Assembly (NCBI RefSeq): GCF_036971445.1 | Contig: NC_091471.1 | Coordinates: 261,144,001-261,208,000 of the forward strand | Direction: 5' to 3' | DNA length: 64,000 nucleotides | From: Narcine bancroftii | Lineage: Eukaryota | Shown: positions 1-18,500 of the stretch, in pieces | How the letters are laid out: each line of letters begins with the position of its first letter | How positions within the stretch are numbered: the first letter of the stretch is position 1 | Program-made: the position numbers and the translations under genes | The notes under the pieces: generated by a model | Databases searched by the model: none | The model's input: only the letters and a program-made list of their open reading frames with translations | What the model was told of the DNA's origin: nothing

Positions 1-489
1 CTCTTCTTCATCATTCCCAGTATTGATGAAGAGTTGCAGCCTGAAATGTCAACCATTGTTTTACTCCCACTGATGCTGCTTGACCCACATGAGTTCCTCC
101 AGCAGGTTGTGTTTGGCATGGATGTCATTGTATTCAGGATCATGATGCCTGTTTCTGGAGTGCAGTGTGCTGCCTTCTGTTCTCCTTTGAGCTCACCTCC
201 AGTGAGCTTGCACTTTAAGGAAAGAATGAACCATATGAATTTGAACTCACTAAAGAATAGGGATCACTTGGATGTTGAGGGGTTCTTCGCTTTCCCAGTG
301 TGCAAAGAACTTCTGGAAAGAGTAGTTGGTAGCTGCTGTCTGCCTTCCTGACAATGTCAGAGATCGCATCGACTGGCAGCTCTCTGCACTGACGATGTGT
401 TTCTTGGACTGGTTTGTATGGCTTGAGGAGAATGTAGAATTTTCACTTTTTGCTGCAGGTTTGCTTTGCCTCTCTCTCCCCCCATAGAT

Positions 490-1040
490 CAAGTCATCAC
501 CTTTATTTATCGTTCATACCATGCTCGGGCGGTAAAGACAAGATGACGTTTCTCCAGGACAACAGAGCATATTTACATAAATATAAGTTAGAATAAAATA
601 TTAAGATGTATACAGTAAAAGTCCATGGTTCACTATCCATATATGTTCTGGGAGTACAGGGGCCTGATGGCTTGGGGGAAAAAACTGCTGCCCAATCTGG
701 ATGTTAGGGCCCGAGTGCTGCGGTACCTCCTACCGGATGGTAGAAAGGGACAACAGTTTATGTGAGGGGTGTGTGGAGTCCTTCACAACGTTTATTGCAT
801 TTTGCCTGCATTGAGTGTGGTAGACGTCCTTCATGGTAGGAAGAGAGCCCCCCCAGTGATCTTTTCTGCTGATCTCACTTTCCTCTCCAGGGTCTTGCGG
901 TCCAAGGTGGTACAACTTCCAAACCAGGCGGTGATGCATTTGTACAAGATCCTCTGAATACATCCTCTGTAGAATGTAGTGAAGATGGAGGGTGAGAGAT
1001 TAACTTACCTCAGCCTTCACAGGAAATAGAGGCACTGTGT
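490..1040 (-). mobile_element. Rex/Babar (L2-group) LINE 3' fragment
   Basis: Minus ORF remnant SLPTMKDVYHTQCRQNAINVVKDSTHPSHKL resembles the Rex1/Babar ORF C-terminus; AATAAA plus short tail near 490-510. Confidence 0.55.
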
Positions 1041-1267
1041 AATAGATTATGGGGGAATGGAGAGAAGTGGGTGGATGATGTGGAGAAGGGGCATCTCAAC
1101 CACCGTGGTGTGGAGCAAGCTTGATGCACCATCAAGCAAGCCTCTTAATGCCTGCCTGTGCAGGGCAGTTCCTGTACACGGTGGTAAGGGACACAGGCGA
1201 TGTGGATAAGGACAGACTTCAGAGGCAGGGTGTTCTGGCCAGTACTGATTGTACGTTCCCTTCACAG

Positions 1268-7209
<5,942 letters not shown>

Positions 7210-8113
7210 GAGCCTGGACTGAATGCAGCACGGGCTGGATCAGACTGGTGATGCCTTTAAATGATCGAAACGGATGTCCCATCTGGCTCACTAGAGTCGG
7301 AGCTCATGGCTTCCTCTTTCATTTGATCACTGACATTTTTTGTTGATCCCCAATTGCCCCAGATCTGAGGAGGCACTTAAGAGTCATAGCATTGGTTACC
7401 ACGTACAGGCCAGACTGGGAATAGGCAACAGGTTTCCCACAGAATGAGAGTTGTCGTGTTGCATCTGCTGCCTATTGATTGAGGCACCTAAACAAGTTCT
7501 TGGCAGCTTCCTGCTCTGAAGAACAGGGTGAATCTCAGTTTCCTGGAAAATATTTCTCAGAGGGCATCAAAGCAAATTATTTGATCACCATTGCATTGCT
7601 GTTTTAAATTTTAATTTAAACTTATAGCACGGGAACAGGCCCAACTGGCCTATGAGCCTGTGCCACCCAAATGTACCAATTAACCTATGACCCCTGTATG
7701 TTTTTAGAGGGTGGGAAGAAACAAGAAGAATGTCCAAACTTCTTACAGACAGCGCCAGATTAGAACCCAGGTTGCTGGTGGTGTTGCAATTGACTATGCA
7801 CAAGCTGCTCATCATGAATATTGCATTCCAACTCATCCACAAAATTCTCCAGTGGCTCTGAAGTAGATTGGAATGCTCTTCTTGAATTGGACAAGAAATT
7901 GCAGGGCAACACAGACAGACCAACCTCCAATCTGTCCGTGTAGGCTTAATGGGCCCAGTGAGCCACTCAGTGCTATTATAATTCTTTGATTCAAATTTAA
8001 TATCAATGTATCATTTTTGTATGTAAATAAGATCATCTTTGTTCATTTTTACCTTTCCTACACTGGCTGATATATTGTAAACTAAAATCAATTATAGTTT
8101 CATTTTGTGGAAA

Positions 8114-8119
8114 AATAAA
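8114..8119 (+). terminator. Candidate polyadenylation signal of TM6SF2
   Basis: AATAAA about 900 nt after the stop, preceded by an AU-rich UTR-like tract. Confidence 0.45.
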
Positions 8120-8123
8120 TCAC

Positions 8124-8713
8124 TGGCTACTGGGAGTTTAAGCTCCTTCTCTATCACCTTTAATCAAAAGAATGAGAACTGTCAGTCAGTGCTGAAACCT
8201 GGTGTCCATCATCTGCCACAGGAATGGAGTGACGAGCAAGGAAGAAGACAGTTTTAAGGTAATATCTGGCATTGAAATTAGGGGGAAGAAGTGAAGTTTT
8301 CTCCTCTGTTTATTGGAATATGCTGTCTGATGGGCTGAATGCTTTTCTAAGATGTTCTCTGTCTACGATGCGATTCAGTTAATTTATATTAAGCCTTCCA
8401 ACACAATAAGTCTCCGTCTTTGCTGATTACCAAGCTAAATATTAAATATTTAAGTTAAGATTCATTCAAAAATACAAAAGACTTTAAAAATTATGGCATA
8501 ATGAAACAGATTAAAGCATTATTTTCAATTCTAAATCTAGTCAGCTCAATCGCATTTAGATGTTCGTGTAGAACAAGCCAGTTGCAACTTACCCATTCTG
8601 CTCGTCACTCCATTCCTGTGGCAGATGATGGACACCAGGTTTCAGCACTGACTGACAGTTCTCATTCTTTTGATTAAAGGTGATAGAGAAGGAGCTTAAA
8701 CTCCCAGTAGCCA
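8124..8713. repeat. 115-bp perfect inverted repeat (8124-8238 vs 8599-8713)
   Basis: tggctactgggag...gacgagca is the reverse complement of tgctcgtc...ctcccagtagcca. Confidence 0.9.
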
Positions 8714-9425
8714 ACCATTTCAATTTCCCACAGCCTTCCCACTCAAGCATGGCTGTCCTGCACTTTATCCATTGCCAGCGTGAGGCCAAATGCAAACGTG
8801 AGGAGCAATACAGCTTTTGTACAGCTTTAAAATCCAACCCCCCCAACTCCATTTGATTCCACTGTTTGCACCTCTATCTACTCTTGTTCTTTTCTCCCAG
8901 CTCCCCCATGTTGTTCCCCCCCCATCTCTCTCACTCTCTCCCATCTTCTGACTGATACCCTAGCTCCTTCCCACTTGCTATACTTGACATCCCTTTCAAC
9001 TTAAGTCATGATAAAGTGCCCTGAAATGTTGATGGCCATTTTTACCCATGGACTGGAGCACCCAGGTAGCCCTTCTGGGACCCAGGTTCGATTAGTGGGG
9101 CACCTTTTAATGCAATAAATAGAGAGAAATCCAGTGCAAGGAAGAAGATAGTTTTAAGGTAATATCTGGCATTGAAATTAGGGGGAAGAAGTGAAGTTTT
9201 CTCCTCTGTTTATTGGAATATGCTGTCTGATGGGCTGAATGCTTTTCTAAGATGTTCTCTGTCTACGATGCGATTCAGTTAATTTATATTAAGCCTTCCA
9301 ACACAATAAGTCTCCATCTTTGCTGATTACCAAGCTAAATATTAAATATTTAAGTTAAGATTCATTCAAAAATACAAAAGATTTTAAAAATTATGGCATA
9401 ATGAAACAGATTAAAGCATTATTTT
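8236..9425 (+). repeat. 290-bp direct duplication (8236-8525 vs 9136-9425), offset exactly 900 bp
   Basis: Line-by-line identity with 3 substitutions seen. Confidence 0.92.
8690..9050 (+). mobile_element. Penelope-like element fragment (GIY-YIG C-terminus plus pLTR)
   Basis: ctcccagtagccaaccatttcaat encodes LPVANHFN; same family as 35630-36190. Confidence 0.55.
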
Positions 9426-9809
9426 ACAATAATTGAATGGTACTGTTATACAAAATAATTTTCACAACAAACCACTGAAGAATGATTAATTAGCATGGTC
9501 TGAAGTTATGAAATTACATTGGATAAATATTACAAATCCATTTTTTAAATGCTTTAACACCTCCACTAATCTAGTTTCATTTATAGTATGATTTATCATG
9601 AAGGGATCTATGTATTATTTACCTGGACAGTAATTTCTAACATTTGCCCAGATGCACCCAGACCCAAAAGATCTCCGTGACGTATTCTCGTCTTCCAGAG
9701 CCTTTGCTGTACCATGCTGAGAAACTCAGCATTCAAACATACCACAAGACATGACATTATCCACCAAGGTCAACAGAAAAGAATGGAGTGTGTCGACTTC
9801 CCTGTTAAG

Positions 9810-10165
9810 AAGTTTATAGAACATTACAGCACAGAAACAGGGCCTTTGTCCCTTCTTGTCTGTGCCAAACTAGACTCACTGACCTGCATCCCCCCTCCCA
9901 TCCATGTATCTGCCCAAATCTTTCTTAAATGTTAAAACTGAGCTCACATTCACCACTTCAGCTGGCAGCTTGTTCCAAACTCCCACCCCTCTCTGTGTGA
10001 AGATGTTCCCCCTAAAATTTTCCCCTTTAACCCTGAACCCATGTCCTCTGGTTTGTATCTCAGTGGAAAAAGTCTACCTACATTTACTCTGTCTATCCCC
10101 TTCAATAATTTTAAATGCCTCGATCAAATCTCCCCTCATTCTTCTACACTCCAGGGAAAAATATC
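9810..10165 (-). mobile_element. CR1/L3 LINE 3' fragment
   Basis: Minus-strand remnant of LFSLE.RRMRGDLIE.FKI and a CR1-type 3' UTR. Confidence 0.65.
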
Positions 10166-11634
10166 TTAACCTGTATTATAATGGTATACATTTTACTTTA
10201 CTGTTATACATTTTAATTTACTGCTTGACAACCCACCTGACACTAAAAATTAATGTGATCAGATTTTGATTTTTTTTCCCTCTTTTCCATCTCTCTGGAT
10301 TTTTCCCTCTCCATTTTTCTTTTTGTGGCTGATTGGACATTGACATCAACATTTTAACTGAGACTTCCTTGTTCGAACAGCTTTTTTCACGAATGAGTAT
10401 TCATTCTGATCGGCCTCCCTGTCTGAATGTCACAAATCTCCAACCCTCAGCAAGAATTGTTATCTGCAAGAGTTTCTAAGCAAAAAAAGTCTCAGAGATT
10501 ATTTGTGGGCACACGGAGAATGGCTGGCACTACTTGCTTGCTACTGACCCCCAAATCCAGCCCAATGTATCGGGACTTTGAAATCAGCGTGTGTTGTTTA
10601 AATCCAAGTCATCTCAAACTGCCAAGACTTTCAAATTTTAACGCTCTTATTCAGCATGTGAGAACTATCCTTTCCATGTCGCCAGCTCCACAGGGTTCAC
10701 ACAAGACTACTGAGAAAGTAAACTATAAACCACAGCCCATTTGCCAAGCAAAGTTGGCAAGTTTCAGACCCCTGTCCCAAATCGAGACTGTCGCCTTATT
10801 TACACACATGCAATCATTTTGAAATGGACAGATTTCAGTGCTAATAGCAGTACAAAATAATCATGAATGCTGCCTCCCAAAACAAAACGACACTGGCAAT
10901 AAAAAAATAAATCAAGGTCGCTGTTCCACATGCAAAGATTTGGGGCAAGTGGGCTGGTACACGAAAAATAGCCATGCTCCTGGGTTGGTCAGGGTTTGCC
11001 ATCTTTATCCTTCGAGATGTGTAATCCCTCATAAAGTGCTGACTACCACATGGATTGAACCTTCCGAGTGATTCCGACAAATTCAGTCCATTCAGAATTA
11101 CTGGTTAATGCTGGTTGACAGTGCTTCATGTATTGGTCATACATAGGGATTGGAGCCACTATTTAAATGTCACTCTCTGACCTCGAACCAAGGCTGAACC
11201 ATTATCACTTATAATCTCTACCCAACTGGAAGCCCTAACCCCCCATCTGTTCACTTCTACTGAAACCCTCATTCACAGTTTCAATTATTGCATTTCCCTT
11301 AAACTACACTCCATAAATGAGTTCACTCAAAACTCTGCTGGCCCTATAGCCACTCCCCACCTGCTCCTGTTCAACTTTCACCTCGTGCTTATTCATCATC
11401 ACAGACCATACACAATTTTAATCCTAGTTTCAAATGTCTCCACATCTCCAACATCTGTCTATCTCCGCGATCCTCCAGGATCCTCAGTCTCTTCTAAATG
11501 GCCTACGTGCTTCCTCGATTTCCAATTTGCTCTACTGCAGTTGCCAATGTCCTGAGCTCTGGAATTTCCTTAACCTTCTCAGCTCACTTTCTCCCTCTCT
11601 CCTTTATGGCTCTCCTCAAACTAGACTTTCTTAA

Positions 11635-11870
11635 ATTTAACTTTAGACATACAGCACGGTAACAGGCCTTTTGGTCCTCGAGCCCGTGCCACCCAATTAC
11701 TCCCAATTGACCTACACACCCCTGTACGTTTTTGAATGGTGGGAGGAAACCGGAGCTCCCGGGGGAAACCCATGCAGACATGGGGAGAACGTACAAACCC
11801 TTGCAGACAGCGTGGGATTCAAACACCATTCCCATTGTTGACGCTGTAACAGTGTCGTGCTAACCGTGCT
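11635..11870 (-). mobile_element. tRNA-derived V-domain SINE (further copies about 6590-6750+, 7610-7800-, 13303-13530+, 15870-16070-, 42515-42720+, 60960-61175-, 61445-61640+)
   Basis: Box A/B-like head (gtagcggttagc...gggttcgaatccc in the 13303 copy) and core gtttgtacgttctcccc..gtgggtttcc..ggtttcctcccac shared among copies. Confidence 0.75.
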
Positions 11871-12455
11871 GACCTCTTGATCTATCTGTGTTTGGTCACC
11901 AGTCTTTTCTCCTAACATGGCTCAACATCAAATTTAATTTGATAGGTCCGCTGTGAAGCACCATAATGTCTTAATTATATCACAGGATTTGAACTCTGGC
12001 GCTGTAAACAAAGCTTAAATAGAATTTTTTTTTAAAGCTGGATTGAATGATCCCTGGCATTGATTCCTTCCGCACATTACACGTTATGGATTAACTGCTT
12101 TCATTTTTAGATACCACCAAGGGTCCTCCCTTATGGTTTGCTGAGATATTAACCACTGGCTAATTGGTTAACCACGTATTGAGATCACACATAAATCCTT
12201 GTCCATATGCATTCAGAACAAAATGTCCTTTGAACCAATGTCGGGATAGAGAGTCAGTGCCTGGGCTGCTTCTCCTATTCGTGCTTGAGCCAAGGTTTTA
12301 GGGGCATTCAAACTCACTGTGATCCAGATTGTTGGGGAGTCTTCGACTGGAATTTGGTATCTTCACTAAAGGCTGCAGGTTATTCTGAGTTTTCATGTTC
12401 TGGGCAGTGGCTGGTAGGGAAGGGGTGGGGGGGAGGGGGGGGAAAGGAGCCACTC

Positions 12456-12563
12456 TCAGTCTTGCTCTCGCTGTCGGTCATAATGATTGACCACCCTCTT
12501 GATGTAGGACAGCTTGGTCTTCAAACTCTTGGTTTTCAACCGCTTACTCTGATACTCGTTGGT
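12456..12563 (-). CDS. OCLN: Occludin-like last coding exon with stop
   Basis: tttcag|ACCAAC...GACTGA; TNEYQSKRLKTKSLKTKLSYIKRVVNHYDRQREQD*. Confidence 0.9.
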   Translation of the reverse strand, partial: TNEYQSKRLKTKSLKTKLSYIKRVVNHYDRQREQD

Positions 12564-15500
12564 CTGAAAGCAACATAATTAAGAAAAAAAGAAATCACTC
12601 AACATACAATTTTGTTCTTCCCTTTTCCTTGCTCGTTGTCGTAAACGAGCTGGAGAGTGCATTCCAGCACAAAGTTTCAACCCCACTCTCGTGGCAAGGA
12701 AAGCAGAAGATGACTAGGGAGTACAGCTTCCTTTAGACTGTCCCACCACTCTTTCCCAGGGTACGGGTTAGACATAGTTAAAACTCCTTCTACTTTGTCC
12801 AGTCAATCATTTTCCAGCAATTTAGATTTCTGGGTTTGTAATCATTGTTTCACTTTAAAGATTTTGTTGTAACGAGTTTTGTGTTTAAACGTGCTGTTTT
12901 TGTGATGTAATGAGATAAATATTAGCCTTAGAAAATATTGGGAGAACTCCCCTGTGAATAATGAGAGAGAAGTCTCACCGTTCCTCACACACTGCTGAAC
13001 GCACTCAGTGCAGTGCTGGATTGTCAGCCACGATTACGTCTACAAGTCTGAAGTATTGAATGCTACGTAAATGAGCCATGCAAAATGTTTAAGAGCAAAC
13101 CTCAGGAATGGCAGACAAACAGGGCACTGAGCTGTGCATAAGGGAGACCCATTATTGGCATGGCTGCAGATTAACGATAATGAGTTGACTGTCACACACA
13201 TTGCATGATGTACTTATACTTATGCACCAAAATACTTACTTGCTGCAGCTGAACAGGTCCTTGCAGAGAAAAACTATTATAGTTAAACTAATTGAATTAA
13301 ATGGGGTGGCGTAGCGGTTAGCACCATGCTGTTACAGCACCAGCGATCATGACCGGGGTTCGAATCCCGCGCTGTCCGTAAGGAGTTTGTACGTTCACCC
13401 TGTGTCTGTGTGGACTTTCCCCTGGGGCTCCAGTTCCTCCCACTGTTCGAATCGTACCGGGGGCATAGGTTAATTGGGAGTAAATTGGGCAGCATGGACT
13501 CATGGGCCGAAATGCTGCATGTCTAAATTTGAAATTTACAATAAATAGATAGATAAATAATAAATAAATAAATAGTCCGTTGATTGTGTTTGCAGTGACA
13601 CACTCACCTTTTTGAAGTTCTTTAATCTGTTGTATTCCTCGGCAACCCCCTGGAACAAAACAACACCCAGCAGATCAGACTGATAACATTGATGGACAAT
13701 TAACTGCAAGGTGGAGGCCTAATGATCTGGTGTCTGGAGAATGAAAACAGTAAAGATGACGAGAAAGCTCAAAAATATTAAGGTGGGATAACTGGGTTTG
13801 AAGCAAACAGAGAAAGCCCATCAATTTCAAAATCATCACACATTTATTCCATTATTTAAACCTTGCAACCGCACACAAAAAAAAATAAAATTGGATGGGG
13901 CTTGAGCAGGATTTGCAGGTTCTGGCCACTAAAAGACTACAGCATTTACACTGCATTTCCATTGCCACCCTCCTCATCCCCATCAAGGCAAAACAGGAGG
14001 GGGGAGTGCAGGCTCCATATGTTGACATTAGTGGATCTTTCGAGCTCAAGGGAATCAAGAGATATAGGGTTAGCAGAGGAAAGTTATCCTGGAGTAAAAG
14101 ATCAGAGATGATTTTACTGAATGACTGAGCAAACGTGATCTCCTTATGATATCCAGGAGAAATGGGAAGTTTCCATACCTGATAGTTGGGGTCATCTTCA
14201 GTCAAGACATCTAGCCGCTTGCTCAGGTAATTAATTTGGTTATTGACTTCATTCATTTCAGCACAAATTTGTTTATACTCTTGATGATCGGTATCAAATT
14301 CACTCTTGTATTCCTGACGTATGAGGTCAGAGGTTATGGGAGGATACAAGCTGACAAGACAAGGAGGTACAAGGTTAGAACATGACTCATCCTTGTGCTT
14401 CTTATTCCAGGAGGACAAATCTTAATCTAATGAGACATTTATCTCCTTCGGCAGTTCTTAAAGATTGAAAATATTGGGAGCCCAAGTTTTGCCCACCTGC
14501 CCCACTCCTCCTCATTCATGTCATCGCAGGATTCTGCTCCCGTTGTGTAATCTGTCTCATATTGGGATTCGTCCATTTCAGACCTTCTGCGTCTCATTCT
14601 GCCCTTCTTCCGACCAGTCGGATGCTTCCGTGACAAGTCTTCCGATGAAGTGCAGAAGTTCCTTGAGGGGTAAGAGGCGGGATGATACCTGGCAACAAAG
14701 CCCATACAAAGACCAGTCACAACATCACCAGAAATCCAGGCAATGTTTCCCAGGAGAAGGAATCTGACTTCTCCTGCAAAGTTTTTTTAAAAATATTTTT
14801 TTATTTTTCACACTGTGAACCATATCAACCAAAATATGTATAAATGTTTCTCATTAAATATACACAGTGACATTTTCTCCCTTTTTCCCCCCTTTCCCTC
14901 CCTCCCCTCTTCCCACCCCCCTCCAAAACCCATAAATATTCAACATATACAATACAATAAAACCATTAAACAATATCTTCACACAAAGGAAAATAAACAA
15001 GAAAAATGCGTCATCTATTTCTTACACACTGAATCTAATCGTTTTGTCTTATCATTTTAGGGAATGGAGGTCCGAGGCAAGCTCTCTCTGTTATGTTTCA
15101 TGTATGGGTCCCAAATTTTTTCAAACAATGTGACTTTATTTTTTAAATTATATGTTATTTTTTACAATGGAATACATTTATTAATTTCCATGTACCATTG
15201 CTGTATTCTCAGGCTCTCTTCCATTTTCCGAGTTGATGTTATACATTTTTTTGCTACTCCTAAGGCTATCATAATGAATCTTTTTTGGGCTTTATCCAAT
15301 TTGAGGCCTAATTCTTTACTTCTTATGTTACTTAAAAGAAATATCTCTGGATTTTTTGGTATGTTATTTTTTGTGATTTTATTTAATATCAGTTCTTCCC
15401 AAAATGTATTCACTTTCGTACATGCCCAAATTTCATACTTATCCTGCAATGTTGAAACTATTTCCTGACATCAGGTTGTTAGAAATATTGTTGAGAATCC

Positions 15501-18500
15501 TGCTTATTACACTGTCAGTAGAGAAATCACAAACTCCTCTACAAAGAAATTAAGGCACTCATTTATAGGCTTGCTTGAAGAATCTAGTCAGAATGTTGCA
15601 TTCATTACAGTTTGATTGGGAGCCTCAAGGTAACTAGATCAAAAATCCTCCCTGTATCCATGATTTTTTATGGCCTTTAAAAGGATAACACAATGTTAAG
15701 TGTTTGTAACTGCATTTAGTTAATTTCTTATGGATATCACTCTTCTTTTGATCTTTATTAATACCCATCTTGAGGAGGAAAAAATTTCAAAATTTCAAAT
15801 TCTTTTAAGCCAGTGAACAGGCTCTGTATAATTAGGAGGACGTGGACAGTTTGAAATGAATTGGCATTTAAATTTAAAACATTTTTTAGACATACAGTGG
15901 GGTAACAGTTCAATGCCCCAATTGACCTACGGTACGTTGTTTTTTTTAAAAACGGTGGGAGGAAACTCACGCAGACATGGGGAGAATGTACAAACTCCTT
16001 ACAGACAGCACGGGATTCAAACCCTGGTTGCTCAAGCTGCAAAGGTGTTGTGCTAATCGCTATGCTAACCATGTGGATCATACTTGGCATATGAAAATTA
16101 AGGCAAAAGTATGAGATCAACCAGAGTACAGTTTTTACAGGGGTGCATGAATGGAGAGAAAGGAAGTCACGATTAACACTTTGAGAGAACTGGAATTCAC
16201 ATGGACAGAGATTTTTGACACGACATCACAAAAATCTAAAGCTTTATGTTAAGAAAAATACAGCCCAAATTCTTTATGAAACACGGGTTTAAAATCTCAG
16301 AGAAGGGATTGAGAGATTGGAGAAGCAACCATTGCTCCCCGCAGAACTTTCTATAGCACACAGCCTCCCTCCCTAACAAGCAGTGGTAAAATTCATAAAA
16401 GCTGTCCTCGTTTTCAAAGAAACACAGAAAGTTTACAGCACAGAAAAAGGCATTTGATCTACTGAAGGTATATTGCATCTATGTAAAAACAATCCAGTGA
16501 CTCTCTTTCCCTGCAGCAACATTCTTTTCCTTTCAAATACTTACCTCCTTAAGTAGTTTTTCCCCCACAAATACTTCTGGCTCTTGCCATTGGCTGTAAA
16601 TATATTTTTTCTGGTCTTATTTTCAATCACCTTCATTCTACGTCCCCGGTTGGTGAACCTTCCACCAAAGGGAGGACTTTTGTCTGACTACTTAGTCTGC
16701 ACCCATCATGATTTTAATTACTTCTGTTAGATCCCTTCACAGCATCCTCTGCTCCTAAGATAATAACAACCCCAGTTCCACATAACTAAAGTACCTCATC
16801 CCAGGAATTATTTCACTAAGTGCCTTCTGCACTCTCTCTGCAGCCTTTATACCTTTCCACAACTGGAGTACTGTGTCCAGTTGTGGTAATCCAAGGCTTT
16901 GTAATCATGACTTTCTTTGTCCTATGTCCTTTACCTAGATTTATACTCAAGATCTGGTATGCTACTTTAACTACCACTTTTGATGATCTTTGCATACACA
17001 TCCAGAGCTTTCTCTATTTCTGTACCCCATGCAATCTAGATGACGTGACCAACCTGTCACAATCTTCGTGGACTATCACGAACCTATTCACTGTTTACTA
17101 TGCCTCTAAACTTTGTGCCATCTACAAATTCGGAACTGTGTGAAAATTAGAGCAGGTAGACAGTTTATCTGATCGAAAGGACACGGTGTGACACTCTCTC
17201 AATCATCAACACATATTATGAGAAGCAGGTGTCCTAGGACTGACATTGGGGAGGTCCATTGAACCCTTTCCTTCCAGTCTGAGAATCCACGTTCACTAAC
17301 GCGCTGTTTTCTGTTACTGACGTGACGTTACTGCAAGCCTACTATGTGCATCTTATCAAACATCTTTGGGAATTCAATGCCTACCAGATCAACTCCCTCA
17401 CCGACTCTCTCAATCCATTAGATGCACCGTATATACTCATATACTTTATAGCATGTGATAGTCAACACCCCCTCTCCCCACATTTTGCCCCCAAAATCAG
17501 CTGTTTATTTTTTGCATGACCTGTGTAAAAGTTGATAACACCCCACCCCCCCTCTGATTTTTGGCCCCGACAATCCACCCACCGGAGCTCCCGTCACCCC
17601 ACGCCCACCCACTGCAGAGCTACCGATGCCCCGACGGCAGACCTTTGCTCCAGCCGCCTGCTCACCAGAGGTCCCAACACCCCTGTCCACCAGAGCTCCC
17701 AATGCCCTGCCTGCCCACAGGAGCTCCTGACACTCTGATATTGGACTCTCACCCCGACTACTCACCCACCAGAACTCCTGATTCCCCGGCCTCCCACCCA
17801 TCCTAACTACCGATACCCCGGCCGCCCGAGCTCCCAACTATGGATCTTCACCCCCACCTGGCCACCTATCCGAGCTCTTGGCTCCACGGCCACGGACCCG
17901 AATGAACTTTCAACATCCCAGCCGTGGACTTACCAACCAATGCCTTGAATGACATAGGTACTTACCGAGGTCAAAAGTTTGTCCCGTGTAAAAAATCAGC
18001 CCTCTCTTTTATGGCCCCAAAAATTCGATGATTACATGAGTACATTGCCTTCAACAAATCTATACCAGCTTTCTCTAATCAATCTTTGTTTGTCCAAGTG
18101 ACAGTCTTCGATTGTATCCAGAATTTCCCTCACCGCTGACATTAAACTGGACACAGGAAACTATCGATACTGGAATATGGACCATTCTTAATGAAGGGTC
18201 TCTAATTGAAACGTCAATGATCTCTTACTCTCCAATAGATGTGTCCTCCAACAGTTGGTTTTGGCTTTAAGATTACACTGACTGGTTTATAGTTGCTCTA
18301 CCCTTCTTACTGAGCCAAGATGTCATGTTCAATTTTCGTGAACCATCCTCGAATTGATAGGTGTGTTGGAAGACTCTGCCCAGGGGCTCTGAAATGTCCT
18401 CCCCTTCACCAACCTTAGATTGAACGCCATCCAGACCAGGCCCTTTATGTCCAGCTAGCATTCCTGCCACTTTTCTTTTACATTTCAATGCAAGTTTGCT

